This document shows, piece after piece, positions 1-9,691 of a stretch of 53,033 nt of DNA (position 1 is the first letter of the stretch; each line of letters opens with the position of its first letter). The notes beneath the pieces are model-generated. The model saw nothing but the letters and a program-made list of their open reading frames with translations. It was not told the DNA's origin and ran no database searches. This stretch comes from Desulfogranum japonicum DSM 18378 (GTDB taxonomy: Bacteria; Desulfobacterota; Desulfobulbia; Desulfobulbales; Desulfobulbaceae), in NCBI RefSeq assembly GCF_000429945.1, contig NZ_KE386996.1:79815-132847 (forward strand), read 5' to 3'. The position numbers and the translations under genes are program-made.

Positions 1-320
1 TCACCACTTCTGTTGCCGTTTTGGCCGGTAATAAGAGGTGCACTATCCATTTGAATACTATCGAGGCATGATCCGTCTCTGTCCCTATCTGGTCCCGAAC
101 CATCCCTGTCGCCACTTCTGTTGCCGTTTTGCCCTGTGAGCAGAGGGGACGTTGTCGTCTCCATCTGAATAAATCTCTGGCATGATCCATCTCTGGGCCT
201 GTCCGGTCCCGATCCATCCTGGTTACCACGTCGCTTTCCATTTCCGGCAGCTAAGCATAAGCTGGGGATAAGGCAGGCTGCCAAAATTGCAATAGCTGTT
301 TGTGTAAATCTCTTTTTCAC
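1..320 (-). CDS. Partial (N-terminal part) secreted tandem-repeat protein; the gene continues beyond the window start
   Basis: On the minus strand a GTG at 320 follows a GGAGG Shine-Dalgarno sequence at a 5-nt spacer and opens MKKRFTQTAIAILAACLIPSLCLAAG, a signal peptide. After that come at least two Asp/Gly/Arg-rich repeats of about 38 aa (…DRDGSGPDR[DP]RDGSC…IQM…PL[IL]TGQNGNRSG). These are encoded by two tandem DNA repeats of about 114 bp at 1-113 and 114-230. The reading frame stays open to position 1. Confidence 0.5.
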   Translation of the reverse strand, partial: MKKRFTQTAIAILAACLIPSLCLAAGNGKRRGNQDGSGPDRPRDGSCQRFIQMETTTSPLLTGQNGNRSGDRDGSGPDRDRDGSCLDSIQMDSAPLITGQNGNRSG

Positions 321-663
321 TGCGACCTCCATTCATTCAATGTTGATGTTTGTATCGTGTAAAAGAACTCTTTACTTGACGCTATCAATATATCGGAATG
401 ATTCAGAAAATCGTATCGGTCAGACCCTGTATTTTTTGTGGGACTACCGTGCACCGGTTTGTCGGTCTTTGTCCTACAAGACAAATACCAACAGGTGTCT
501 GTCCATGAATGAGGATTTACGTTCGAGAGCAGGTAAACGAAAACTCCGAGGCATTTTCAAAATATCACCGCAGGCATTTCGCTGATATCGGAGCCTACGC
601 TTGCCTCCGAGAATAACATTTTCTAGGATAATGCAGCTTATCGGGGGAAAGATAGGGCAGGCA

Positions 664-1296
664 CTAACTGACCAGTTTTTGTTTTATAGCGTAATAGGTA
701 AATTCGGCATTGGTTTTCATGTTCATCTTATGTAATGCACGACGTCGGTTGGTACTGATTGTTTTTACACTGAGTGACAGCTCTTCAGCAATTTCTGATA
801 CGGTCATGCCGGAAGCTATCATGAGCATAACCTGATACTCACGGTCCGATAATGATTGATGAGGATGCTCTGTATATTCATTTTCCAAATAGCCAGCCAG
901 CTTTTCCGCCAATGCCAGGGAGATGTATCGTCCGCCTTGTGCTACTTTGCGTACGGCAGAAATGAGTTCATCTGGAGCGCTTTCCTTGGTCAGGTATCCT
1001 TTTGCCCCTGCCTTGAGGGCTCTGATGGCGTACTGTTCTTCAGGATACATACTGAGTATGAGTACAATACTGTCTGGAGAATGCCGCATGATTTCCTTGA
1101 GAACATCCAGGCCATTCATATCCGGCATGGAGATATCTAACAGTACCACATCAAAATATTGGCGCGAAACCAGTTGGAGTGCATCGTGTCCGTTTGCAGC
1201 TTCTGCAGTAACTGTAATGTCATTGGTTTCTGTTAAAATCTGCTGCAATCCGGCTCGCACAACGGCATGGTCGTCAATGATCAGTATTTTTGTCAC
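664..1296 (-). CDS. Response regulator, NarL/FixJ (LuxR-type HTH) family
   Basis: The N-terminus is a receiver domain (ILIIDDHAVVRAGL, DVVLLDISMPDMNGLD). The C-terminus is a LuxR-type HTH (LSDREYQVMLMIASGMTVSEIAEELSLSVKTIST). It overlaps the kinase upstream by 23 bp. Confidence 0.9.
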   Translation of the reverse strand: MTKILIIDDHAVVRAGLQQILTETNDITVTAEAANGHDALQLVSRQYFDVVLLDISMPDMNGLDVLKEIMRHSPDSIVLILSMYPEEQYAIRALKAGAKGYLTKESAPDELISAVRKVAQGGRYISLALAEKLAGYLENEYTEHPHQSLSDREYQVMLMIASGMTVSEIAEELSLSVKTISTNRRRALHKMNMKTNAEFTYYAIKQKLVS

Positions 1297-2614
1297 GTTG
1301 AGTCCTCATACAGTGCTGTGATGGAATGGAAAGATATATGGTGGTACCCCTTTTCGCATTTTGTTCAATGATCAGTGCTCCATGAAGCAGAGCGGCCCGT
1401 TCGCGCATTCCACATAGCCCCAGGGATTGTGGAGAGTGTATCTGTTCCCGGCTGATCCCTCTGCCATTGTCTCGAATGGTCAGGGTGACAACATCTTCCT
1501 CACGGATGAGAAGAATTTCGACCTGTGTTGCTTCTGCGTGGCGTACAATATTGGTCAGGGCTTCCTGGAAGATTCGATAGACGATGATACGGCAGGCGTT
1601 ATCCAGCATGATCTCTTCGGGAATACTGAGTATATCAATGGCGATGCCAAGCCTATCCCGTATGGTACTGGCATGCCACTCCATGGCAGCAAAAAGCCCG
1701 AGATCGTCCAGCAGTCTGGGGCGTAGGTCTGCAGATATTCTTTGTACTATCTGGAGAAGTTGGCTCAGTTGCTGGTCCATGGAGGATAATTTTTCATGGA
1801 AGTCCCGGCGCTCTTGCTCTATATGTCTGGAAATCCAGGCAATATCCATTTGCATGCCTGTAAGTGCCTGGCCTAACTCATCGTGAAGTTCTCTGGCAAG
1901 CCCCTGACGTTCATGCTCCCGTACTTTTTCCAGGTGGCAGGTCAAAGAACGCAGCTGTTTGTGCGATTGCTGTAGTTGTTTTTCGTTGCGTTTTCTCTCT
2001 GAAATATCTTTAAAATTTTCCACAATACCTGCAAGAGTGCCGTTGGCATCATGGAAAGGCGTTGCTGTGACAATGCAAGGTGTAGCCCTGTTATTACGAC
2101 TGATTTTATCTGAATCATATTCAACTCGTTCAGCTCCATTCAGAATCTTTTTCATGGGGCATGCATCGGTATGACAGTTTGCCCCCCTGAAAATATCATA
2201 GCATTTTGCATGGAGGACATCCTCTGCCCGCTCACCGGTGAGTTTGAGAAAGGTATCGTTGACGCGTACAATGGAGAATGTTGGGTCAATTACCCGCATG
2301 CCATCTGCAGAGGTGTTGAAGATCTGGGTGAGTTCCGTATTGATTTCCTTGACTTTTTTTTCAGCTTCCCGCAGGGCTTTTACCAGATATTGTGCATACA
2401 AGGCAAAGCTGAGAAAAAGGAAAACTATGGTGACCCGCATCCATAATTCATGGGCATCAGGAAAAAAGATATGGCTGACAAAGTTAAGTTTTTGTTCATA
2501 AAAAATCTGGGAGTGAACAAAGGATTCCACCAGCCAGGAGAGCACGCTTAACAGAACACCTAAGGAAATCAGTTTGTTTGATTCCGTGGGGATGATGATG
2601 TGCGAACGTTTCAT
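1274..2614 (-). CDS. Membrane sensor histidine kinase with PAS domain, HisKA_3 and HATPase domains (NarX/UhpB-like)
   Basis: Two N-terminal TM helices are followed by a PAS region. The H-box RELHDELGQALTGM is typical of HisKA_3. A C-terminal HATPase_c carries NIVRHAEA and a G-box. It overlaps the NarL-type regulator. Confidence 0.85.
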   Translation of the reverse strand: MKRSHIIIPTESNKLISLGVLLSVLSWLVESFVHSQIFYEQKLNFVSHIFFPDAHELWMRVTIVFLFLSFALYAQYLVKALREAEKKVKEINTELTQIFNTSADGMRVIDPTFSIVRVNDTFLKLTGERAEDVLHAKCYDIFRGANCHTDACPMKKILNGAERVEYDSDKISRNNRATPCIVTATPFHDANGTLAGIVENFKDISERKRNEKQLQQSHKQLRSLTCHLEKVREHERQGLARELHDELGQALTGMQMDIAWISRHIEQERRDFHEKLSSMDQQLSQLLQIVQRISADLRPRLLDDLGLFAAMEWHASTIRDRLGIAIDILSIPEEIMLDNACRIIVYRIFQEALTNIVRHAEATQVEILLIREEDVVTLTIRDNGRGISREQIHSPQSLGLCGMRERAALLHGALIIEQNAKRGTTIYLSIPSQHCMRTQRDKNTDH

Positions 2615-2771
2615 GTGTCAGAGCTCCGAAGGGTGATGAAAGTACCCTGTAAAGGTAATTATAATAAGTGATTTCTCCTATATGCCATATCTTCGGACGA
2701 CAGCTTTCTGTATAGGTAAGGGGTAACGGCAAACTTTGCCTGTCCAAATCTGATCCACCTGAGAGTAGGTA

Positions 2772-4883
2772 TTATTGCAATTGAATGATATACGTATCTC
2801 CATCGGTAAAAAAATGATCGCCTAGAAAATTTTTTTCTATTTGGGGAGGAACCAGTTTTATTTTCTGAGAAGATTCAATTTTTCCTGTGGCTTGAAGATC
2901 TTGATATAGCGACTCTCGATCTGCGTTTAAATCCGGAGAAATTGTGGGAATAATACCCCACTTTAAACCGTCGTTGCTATTCACTAATCCCAGATAGATG
3001 GTGTTGCCATTTTTCAATGCAAAGTTTGTGCGCCATAATTTGAGATGGTGTGCATTACTCAGCCAATTTGTTCCAGACACTTTTGCAAAACTCATATCCT
3101 GTGTTCTGGCATTGCAAAAAGCAGGTGACAGCGGCGCATGTGGATATGGTTTTTGTAATAGTAAAGCCTTAACAGCTTTGGTGAATGCCGGAAGTGTTGC
3201 CTTGTCGGTAGCAACCCAACCTGCCTGCTGCAGGGCTGTAAGCAACAGTTGATCTTTTCGAGCAAAGAAAATAATGTTTATGGGCTCCTGCCTATCACCA
3301 AGAATCGTTTCGGTATACTTTACTTGTTCATTTGTAAATACATCTGTAATGTGCGAGACAACTACTGTCTCCTGTAGAGGGACCGTGGCCGGGGGAGGGG
3401 TGTACTGAGTTGAAAAGACGATATAAAACAGGAGTGCAAAGGAAATGCAAACGAAAGAGAGTGGACCGGCTCCACGAGCAGGAGCCACAGCCTGAATATC
3501 ATTTTTTGTATGGCTGAGCCATTCTGAAAATGAGACAGCAATAATCAGCCACATACTGCCTACAAGATAGCCGCTCCATACATCGCTGATATAGTGTTCC
3601 CCAAGGTATACTCTACTGAAACCTATGGCTATGATTATACAAACAGTACCAAAAAAGACATTGATTTTCGCATTCCAGCTGCGGACAACACGCATGAGAA
3701 GGTAGCCCATAAAACCATAGAAAGCGACTGCAATGGTTGCGTGGCCGCTAGGAAAAGAAAACGATTTTTCAGCATATACGGCCAGGGCAGGGCGTGCGCG
3801 GTGAAATGCCAGTTTTCCTAAAGAGGTAAATGTCTCACTGCCGCAAACAGATATTAAAAGGGCTGCAATATAAGGCTTCTTCCTCCACAACCAGAGAAGA
3901 GCCATTGAGACGATAATAAAAGTTATAATCACCTGGCTTTTGCCAAGCAGAGTTATCCAGGTAAAAAAGGTCGTCAAAGTTTCTGTACGTAACGCAGCAG
4001 CAAGATTTGCAATACGGATATCAGCAGCGATAATCGAATCTGTTGTTATCAGATCTTCTACAATCCCGGCAAACAATGTCAAAACATAGATAAAAGCAAA
4101 GGTAAATAGAGAGAGGGGAAGGCCAGAAAATTTTTCTGTATTAAGCCGTGCTTGTAAAAAAGCGATACAACGAGGATGCTTTTTTATCCATAGAGCGACG
4201 TGTTCATTCTGCGTGATAGCCTTTTGAATTGAATACCACAGGGAATGAGTAATGATCCAAAATTGCGTACCCTTTTTTGTAATTAGCCATTTGCAGGTGT
4301 AGAGGAGGATGCCGATGATGACAAGAAACGCAAAAAACAATCCTGCCCGAGATAACCACACTTCGGCAAGATTAAGTGATTGTGCAAATATATAGCCGGC
4401 AAGAACCCACTCAATCCCCCAGCCGGCAGCACCAAGAAAATTCCAGAGCATGAATGTCCGTTTGTTCATTTCCACGCTGCCGGCAATGAACGGGACAATT
4501 TCTTTGACACTTGGAACGAAACGACCAAAAAACACGCTCTTTGCCCCATGAGCATCCATGAAACTTTGCGCTTTTTTTACATAATCAGACTTGAGAAACC
4601 AGAAACCTTTTCCAATCCATTTAGCCCCATATTTCTTCCCAAGGTAGTAATTTATGTTGTCACCCAAAAGGGCACCTGCAACAGCAAACCAGATGAGTCC
4701 GACTGTGTCGAGATAGCCCCGTGAAGAAAGAGCGCCGAGAAAAAGAATAATTGTCGAACCGGGCAAAAAAAGGCCTATACCTAGAGTCGTCTCAATAAGC
4801 GCTGCAAAAAAGGCAACCCAGTAACCCAGAAAATGAATATGTTCTATGGATGGTGATATGAAATTGATTAGTTCTTGCAGCAT
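2772..4883 (-). CDS. Three-domain membrane protein: DedA/SNARE-associated domain, then a PAP2 phosphatase, then a C-terminal extracytoplasmic LssY_C-like domain
   Basis: The N-terminal roughly 200 aa match the DedA family (VAFFAALIETTLGIGLFLPGSTIILFLGAL, FFGRFVPSVKEIVPFIAG). The central region has the PAP2 motifs KSFSFPSGHAT and SRVYLGEHYISDV. The C-terminal roughly 220-aa soluble domain resembles the LssY C-terminal family. Confidence 0.8.
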   Translation of the reverse strand: MLQELINFISPSIEHIHFLGYWVAFFAALIETTLGIGLFLPGSTIILFLGALSSRGYLDTVGLIWFAVAGALLGDNINYYLGKKYGAKWIGKGFWFLKSDYVKKAQSFMDAHGAKSVFFGRFVPSVKEIVPFIAGSVEMNKRTFMLWNFLGAAGWGIEWVLAGYIFAQSLNLAEVWLSRAGLFFAFLVIIGILLYTCKWLITKKGTQFWIITHSLWYSIQKAITQNEHVALWIKKHPRCIAFLQARLNTEKFSGLPLSLFTFAFIYVLTLFAGIVEDLITTDSIIAADIRIANLAAALRTETLTTFFTWITLLGKSQVIITFIIVSMALLWLWRKKPYIAALLISVCGSETFTSLGKLAFHRARPALAVYAEKSFSFPSGHATIAVAFYGFMGYLLMRVVRSWNAKINVFFGTVCIIIAIGFSRVYLGEHYISDVWSGYLVGSMWLIIAVSFSEWLSHTKNDIQAVAPARGAGPLSFVCISFALLFYIVFSTQYTPPPATVPLQETVVVSHITDVFTNEQVKYTETILGDRQEPINIIFFARKDQLLLTALQQAGWVATDKATLPAFTKAVKALLLQKPYPHAPLSPAFCNARTQDMSFAKVSGTNWLSNAHHLKLWRTNFALKNGNTIYLGLVNSNDGLKWGIIPTISPDLNADRESLYQDLQATGKIESSQKIKLVPPQIEKNFLGDHFFTDGDTYIIQLQ

Positions 4884-4951
4884 AGTTTGCCCTTGTGAGA
4901 AATTCGATTTGAAAGAGTTTCCTCAAAGGAGACGTCGTGCCATGATTCCTT

Positions 4952-7168
4952 TTAGAATGTTTCTGCTTTTCCTAGGACAATAACCCGCCGATAGAGCTTT
5001 ATTACCTGTTCGGCGATTTTTTCTTCTGCATAATCTGATGCAAAGACCATGCTATTTTCAGATAATTGAGACAGTTTTTTGCTGTCCAGTACAAGCGTAG
5101 CAACAGCTTTTGACCAACTTTCCGTACTTTCAGCAACCATCAGACCATTGTAGTCATTTCGGACTACATCGTGGACTCCGCTGGCACGTACAGCCACTAC
5201 TGGACAGCCGGCTGCCATAGCCTCGATCAAGACCATGCCCTGGGTTTCTGATGTGGAGGCAAAGATAAAAAGATCTGCGGCAAGGTAACACAGGGCGACA
5301 TCCTGAGGTTGCATATTCCCTGTGAAAATAATCTGTTGATCCAGGCCAAGCATGGAAACTTTTTCCTCGAGCCGTTTCCTTTCCGGGCCTTCTCCCACCA
5401 GTAAGCACTTGAACGGCACAGGGATAAGCTTTTTTACTTTTTCCAGGCCATCAATCAGGAAATCGAGATTTTTTTCCTTTGCCATCCGTGAGACACTGAT
5501 CAAAAGGATTTCGTCTGTTGTGGTGTATTGATTCCGCAAGGCCTGAATCTGCTGAGGTGTCCAGCGGTTGTAGATTTCCATATCGATACCGGTGGGAATC
5601 GTTTCAATCAGGGCGCTCACCCCCAGATTGCGCAGGTATTCCTCGGTTGACGGGGTGGGAGTGATGATGGCGTCGCAGTGGTTGGCAAATCGTTTTATCA
5701 GCAGGTGAGCGGCCAGGTTCTTCAGAACCGTACCGCGAAAAGGCAGATAGTGCGTGTATCGCTCCAACCTGGTGTGGTAGGTGAAAACCAGCGGAAGTTT
5801 GCGTTTTTTTGCAAGGCGCATCCCTTTTTTACCAAGCCAGAATGGGTGATGCACATGCACCAGGTCGCATTCAAAATCGGTAAATTCTGTTTTGATTTTC
5901 GGGGAAAAAAGATTGGTAACAGGAAATCCTGCCAGGCGCAGATTAAACAATGTGGAGCATCTGGTTATGTTTGCATCTTCAGACATACTCCACGGAGCCG
6001 GATAAAAGGGCGCAAAAATTTTCACCTTATTTCCTGCCTGGAGCAATCCCCGGTAAAGGCGGTCTATGGAAAGGGGTACCCCTCCTATGAAAGGCAGATA
6101 ATTATTGGTAAACATGGCCACTCGAAGGGGCATGTGTGAAAATGAGGTTTCATCGACACTGAAATCCCGGTACAGCCTTTCCTGATGCAGAATGAGGGAA
6201 TAAAGTTTCAGCGCTATGAGGCTGATAATGCTCAATACCAGTAACGCGTTGAACAGACTCATATAGAACAGGGAATGCAGATACAGTTTTAAAGTTTCCA
6301 GTTTTTCACGGAGTGTTCCCAACCGTTCTGTGGCTTCAACGTTTTTAATAGTCGTTTGATCCGGTCCCACGTCGACGTTGATAATCTGATAAGGTTCCTG
6401 TCGATCAAAGTGCAATCCCCCCCCACCACCGGAAATAATGTAACGAACCCCTTGTTCAACCCGTTCATGAAAGGTGGGGTAACCAGCTGAAAAGACGGTG
6501 GTCACGTGGTAATAGGAGAACAACTGCCGTAATTCCATGCTCAGGTTTGCATCCAGCACATAGTGTGTTTCCTTCGGGTTAAAATCTGGCAAAGCAACAA
6601 GCGAATGATTCAAAAAAACAAACCTGTATTTGAACTGGCTGGCAGCTGTCAATTCATTTCTGAGCCAACGCATTTGCCATTTCCATGACGTTTTTCCAGT
6701 GGAATCCAGAAAAATAAAATAGGTGTTTTCGTGATGGAAAGAGAAGAAGTAGGGGCCAAAATGTCGGTAAAATTTTCCAGTCCCAAAATCTTCAAGCTCA
6801 TTATGACCAGCTGACAAGACATAGGGAATGTCGAGTTTCCTGAGACCGCGATAGAGTAGGCGGTACTTGCTTTCTGCACCGTCAAACACAGCATTGCCAA
6901 CAGATATCATGAAATCTGCGTTATTGTCTTCTATCAGTGGGGTGATGCGTTTTTCAAAAATTCGCATGGAATTTCTGATGTTGCCGACAACAGCGAATCG
7001 ATACTCGCTTCTTCCTCGAAGCTTTGCCTCGATTCGGTCCATATTTTCAGCATTGAGGGCCTGATAATCAGCCTCACGAACAAAGAGATAGATCCGGTAG
7101 CCGACCAACAGAGCCATGAGCAGCAGAGTGAGAACCAGATAGAGGGTAAGTCGTTTTTTTCGGTTCAT
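4952..7168 (-). CDS. Fusion protein: N-terminal calcineurin-like metallophosphoesterase (PlcP-like), TM helix, C-terminal family-4 (GT1-fold) glycosyltransferase
   Basis: The ATG at 7168 (MNRKKRL) shares an ATGA overlap with the stop of the gene upstream; the longer ORF-track start at 7504 is not used. The metallophosphoesterase motifs are partly degenerate: FAVVGNIRNS where D-x-H is expected, GNAVFDG, and an intact AGHNE. An internal TM helix follows. The C-terminal GT4 has the signature FIFASTSETQGMVLIEAMAAGCPVVA. Confidence 0.8.
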   Translation of the reverse strand: MNRKKRLTLYLVLTLLLMALLVGYRIYLFVREADYQALNAENMDRIEAKLRGRSEYRFAVVGNIRNSMRIFEKRITPLIEDNNADFMISVGNAVFDGAESKYRLLYRGLRKLDIPYVLSAGHNELEDFGTGKFYRHFGPYFFSFHHENTYFIFLDSTGKTSWKWQMRWLRNELTAASQFKYRFVFLNHSLVALPDFNPKETHYVLDANLSMELRQLFSYYHVTTVFSAGYPTFHERVEQGVRYIISGGGGGLHFDRQEPYQIINVDVGPDQTTIKNVEATERLGTLREKLETLKLYLHSLFYMSLFNALLVLSIISLIALKLYSLILHQERLYRDFSVDETSFSHMPLRVAMFTNNYLPFIGGVPLSIDRLYRGLLQAGNKVKIFAPFYPAPWSMSEDANITRCSTLFNLRLAGFPVTNLFSPKIKTEFTDFECDLVHVHHPFWLGKKGMRLAKKRKLPLVFTYHTRLERYTHYLPFRGTVLKNLAAHLLIKRFANHCDAIITPTPSTEEYLRNLGVSALIETIPTGIDMEIYNRWTPQQIQALRNQYTTTDEILLISVSRMAKEKNLDFLIDGLEKVKKLIPVPFKCLLVGEGPERKRLEEKVSMLGLDQQIIFTGNMQPQDVALCYLAADLFIFASTSETQGMVLIEAMAAGCPVVAVRASGVHDVVRNDYNGLMVAESTESWSKAVATLVLDSKKLSQLSENSMVFASDYAEEKIAEQVIKLYRRVIVLGKAETF

Positions 7169-8229
7169 TGCTGGATTGCCTTGCCGCGTTGGAAAAGTTC
7201 CCTGTACATAAGCACAATGCCGATCACCACACCGATATAAATGGTTAAAACACGCCAGGAAAGGGTCAGGAGAGCGATATCCTGTTTTTGTACCAACTGA
7301 GCAAAAAGGAGTCCGTAGCCTCCTTCTGCAACACCTGTTGCTCCTGGTGTTGGCGCAAAATACATGAAAAAGGTCACCACTACCTGGAAGCCCAGTACGG
7401 TTACAATCGATGACTGGTATCCCAATGCCCTGATCAGCACAATGGAAAATGAGAAAAGGAAAAGCAGGAACAGTACCGTAAACAGTACCGAAAGGATCGC
7501 CCATTGGGGGCTGTTTCTGAAATATCGCTTAAACCCATTGGAGAAGAGGTCCAGTTCCAGGGAAATTTTTAAAAACCATTTTCTGAAACGAGGCTGGGAG
7601 AGCATTTTTATGCTGTTGAGCAGATACAGACTCCGGTACATCCAGCGTTTGAGAATGCGAATCCTGCATAATATGATCCAAAAAAACGCAAGGTACATAC
7701 AGGAAACTCCGGTAACAGCATAGAGAATGCTTGGATGGAAAAACATACGGAATTGATTTGGGCCGATCCAAATGATGAGAGGGGTGAGGGTGAACAGGAT
7801 CAGTGCGGCAAGAATGGTGCGGATCGAGGTGGCTGCAGTTGCTTCGCCAAGCGGTATGCCTTGCTGTTTCATGAAATAGACCTGGATTACACCGCCGCCT
7901 GTCGCAAGAGGCGTAACATTGGATATAAAGATATTAATGAAAACCAGTTTCATGATGTAGACAAACGCGATCCGGAAACCCATCGCCCGGATTACGCAAT
8001 ACAGCCGCAATCCGTCTGCAAGGAAATAGAGAATCAGAATAATTGCAAGTATACTGAGTACACCGGGGGATAGCAGGCTGGAAGGTATCTGCAGTCTTCC
8101 GGCAGAAAAGTAGTGATGAATACTATATAACGTGACGAAGGATAAGGCGAAAAACAGGATTGCCAGCCCGAAATAGCCGGTTGTTTTTCGTAGGATATAT
8201 AATGGAATCTGCTGCAATCCTTTTATCAT
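7165..8229 (-). CDS. Polytopic membrane protein of the UPF0104 / lysyl-PG-synthase-TM (MprF flippase-like) family
   Basis: The protein has 354 aa and about 8 TM helices. Its composition and length fit the flippase-domain family often found next to glycosyltransferases. Its stop overlaps the start of the phosphoesterase-GT fusion gene (ATGA). Confidence 0.65.
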   Translation of the reverse strand: MIKGLQQIPLYILRKTTGYFGLAILFFALSFVTLYSIHHYFSAGRLQIPSSLLSPGVLSILAIILILYFLADGLRLYCVIRAMGFRIAFVYIMKLVFINIFISNVTPLATGGGVIQVYFMKQQGIPLGEATAATSIRTILAALILFTLTPLIIWIGPNQFRMFFHPSILYAVTGVSCMYLAFFWIILCRIRILKRWMYRSLYLLNSIKMLSQPRFRKWFLKISLELDLFSNGFKRYFRNSPQWAILSVLFTVLFLLFLFSFSIVLIRALGYQSSIVTVLGFQVVVTFFMYFAPTPGATGVAEGGYGLLFAQLVQKQDIALLTLSWRVLTIYIGVVIGIVLMYRELFQRGKAIQQ

Positions 8230-8304
8230 TACACATGTACCGTTAAGGAAAGGTGCTCACTGGCATAGCCATGACCCTGCCTTACAATGATTACTGAAAG
8301 AATA

Positions 8305-8417
8305 TGTAACTGCTTACATGATGCGTGAGGTTTTCACAATCAGGCTGGCGCAGCATATTGGCCCATACGTAAGCCTGGCTGATCGCGGAAAGATCCTGGG
8401 CTCTGTGAGCAGTTACA
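8305..8417. repeat. Family-C dispersed element with terminal inverted repeats (copy C1, reverse orientation)
   Basis: The ends are tgtaactgcttaca and ctgtgagcagttaca. The interior shares the core agcc(a/t)ggcttacgtatg(g/a)cccaata(c/t)gctgcgcc with copies at 33150, 37954 and 45318. Confidence 0.6.
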
Positions 8418-8613
8418 AGAATATTTGAAAATATGCCCATGGTGGACAGAAAATAAAAGATAACCTTCATATTCCATTTTCTGTATTATTTCAGCAGGAA
8501 AAATTGTAAATAATTGTGTAACTCTTTGAATTGTCTTTTTTTTGCGAACATCTCCGGGAAACGTACTGTTGCAGAGATGTTCAAAAGAGCTGTTCTGGCT
8601 GGCAAAAGGATGC

Positions 8614-9495
8614 TTAGGGTATCTGCCTTGTTACCGGATATTTACAGGTCAGTGCAGGTTCGGATAGTTCGCGACCGCTACATGTGTGCTGCCTCGCATC
8701 TACGGCAGGATATGTTCGTGAGAAAGTCGGGTTAAGAAATGATATATTGAAATCGTCGAGACAATACCAGGAGAGGACTTCTGCTACGATATACACAAGG
8801 CCCCCGGCCCACACAATATCGCTGAGAAAATGAGCACCTTGCATGATTCTCGCTGCTCCAACGAGAAAGCCAAACAGCAATCCGGTATTGAGGGAAAAGA
8901 GTGCAATAGTTCGTGATTTTTTTCGAAAAATGAACCATGGCGCCATCATATAAAAAGCAATGGAGGCATGACCGGATGGAAAAGAGCTGTTTTTCTTTCC
9001 AGGTCCAGGAGTCCAGAATTGGACAAATTGGTATTCTCCTCCAAAGGTTTTCAACTCTTGCGGCCTTGGTCTTCCTACATGGTCCTTAAGTATTACATTT
9101 GTGATCAACCCCGGTCCCACTATCAAGAGCAGCACCAGGAACACCGCAGGTTTCCGGAATTTTTTTAAACAAGAAATGAATGTGCCCAATACACCGCAGA
9201 CAAGCGCTGTGCCTCCCAGAATAAGTCCAGGGAGCGGGCCAACCGTATATAACGTACTCCAGGGTGGCTTACCCTGTCCGGGCCACTGATGATTCGGATT
9301 GAAAATCAGGTGTTCCAAAGCTAAATCAGCACCGGTCATGAGGATAATCAAGCTGATGCTGATGAGTAGCAGCATGACGGTAAAAATATGGTTGAACCTT
9401 GCTTGTACTGGCGCACGCAGAGAATCTGATGGTATTGGTGTGTTTGTTCTACTGTCTACAGGCGGGTAGTCTGGCGGAAACAGTTTTTGCATCAT
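8614..9495 (-). CDS. PAP2-family membrane phosphatase
   Basis: PAP2 motifs KKNSSFPSGHASIAF and ARIMQGAHFLSDIV are present, with several TM helices. Confidence 0.8.
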   Translation of the reverse strand: MMQKLFPPDYPPVDSRTNTPIPSDSLRAPVQARFNHIFTVMLLLISISLIILMTGADLALEHLIFNPNHQWPGQGKPPWSTLYTVGPLPGLILGGTALVCGVLGTFISCLKKFRKPAVFLVLLLIVGPGLITNVILKDHVGRPRPQELKTFGGEYQFVQFWTPGPGKKNSSFPSGHASIAFYMMAPWFIFRKKSRTIALFSLNTGLLFGFLVGAARIMQGAHFLSDIVWAGGLVYIVAEVLSWYCLDDFNISFLNPTFSRTYPAVDARQHTCSGRELSEPALTCKYPVTRQIP

Positions 9496-9691
9496 CTATC
9501 GCATTGTAAAAATAATTGTGTACAGATTAGGAAGGCGGGAAAAGTATCTGCATCCCTCATTGAAAAACTCTATAGCAGAAGAAAATGAAGAAACGATGAA
9601 GGGTAATGGGGGCAAAAGACAGTATCTTCATTATTCCTCCATTCTCATGTGGTATTGTTTCTTGATAATATTGGTAGAAGGAGAGACCACC

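Noticed and set aside
340-585. 81-aa plus-strand ORF upstream of the NarL-type regulator
   Set aside because: It has no Shine-Dalgarno sequence, odd composition and no motifs. It overlaps a family-B-like fragment. It is probably a non-coding intergenic region.
7169-7504. 112-aa N-terminal extension of the phosphoesterase-GT ORF (MGDPFGTVYG…)
   Set aside because: It overlaps the 3' end of the flippase-like gene in another frame. The MNRKKRL start at 7168 begins with a signal-anchor helix and an ATGA overlap.
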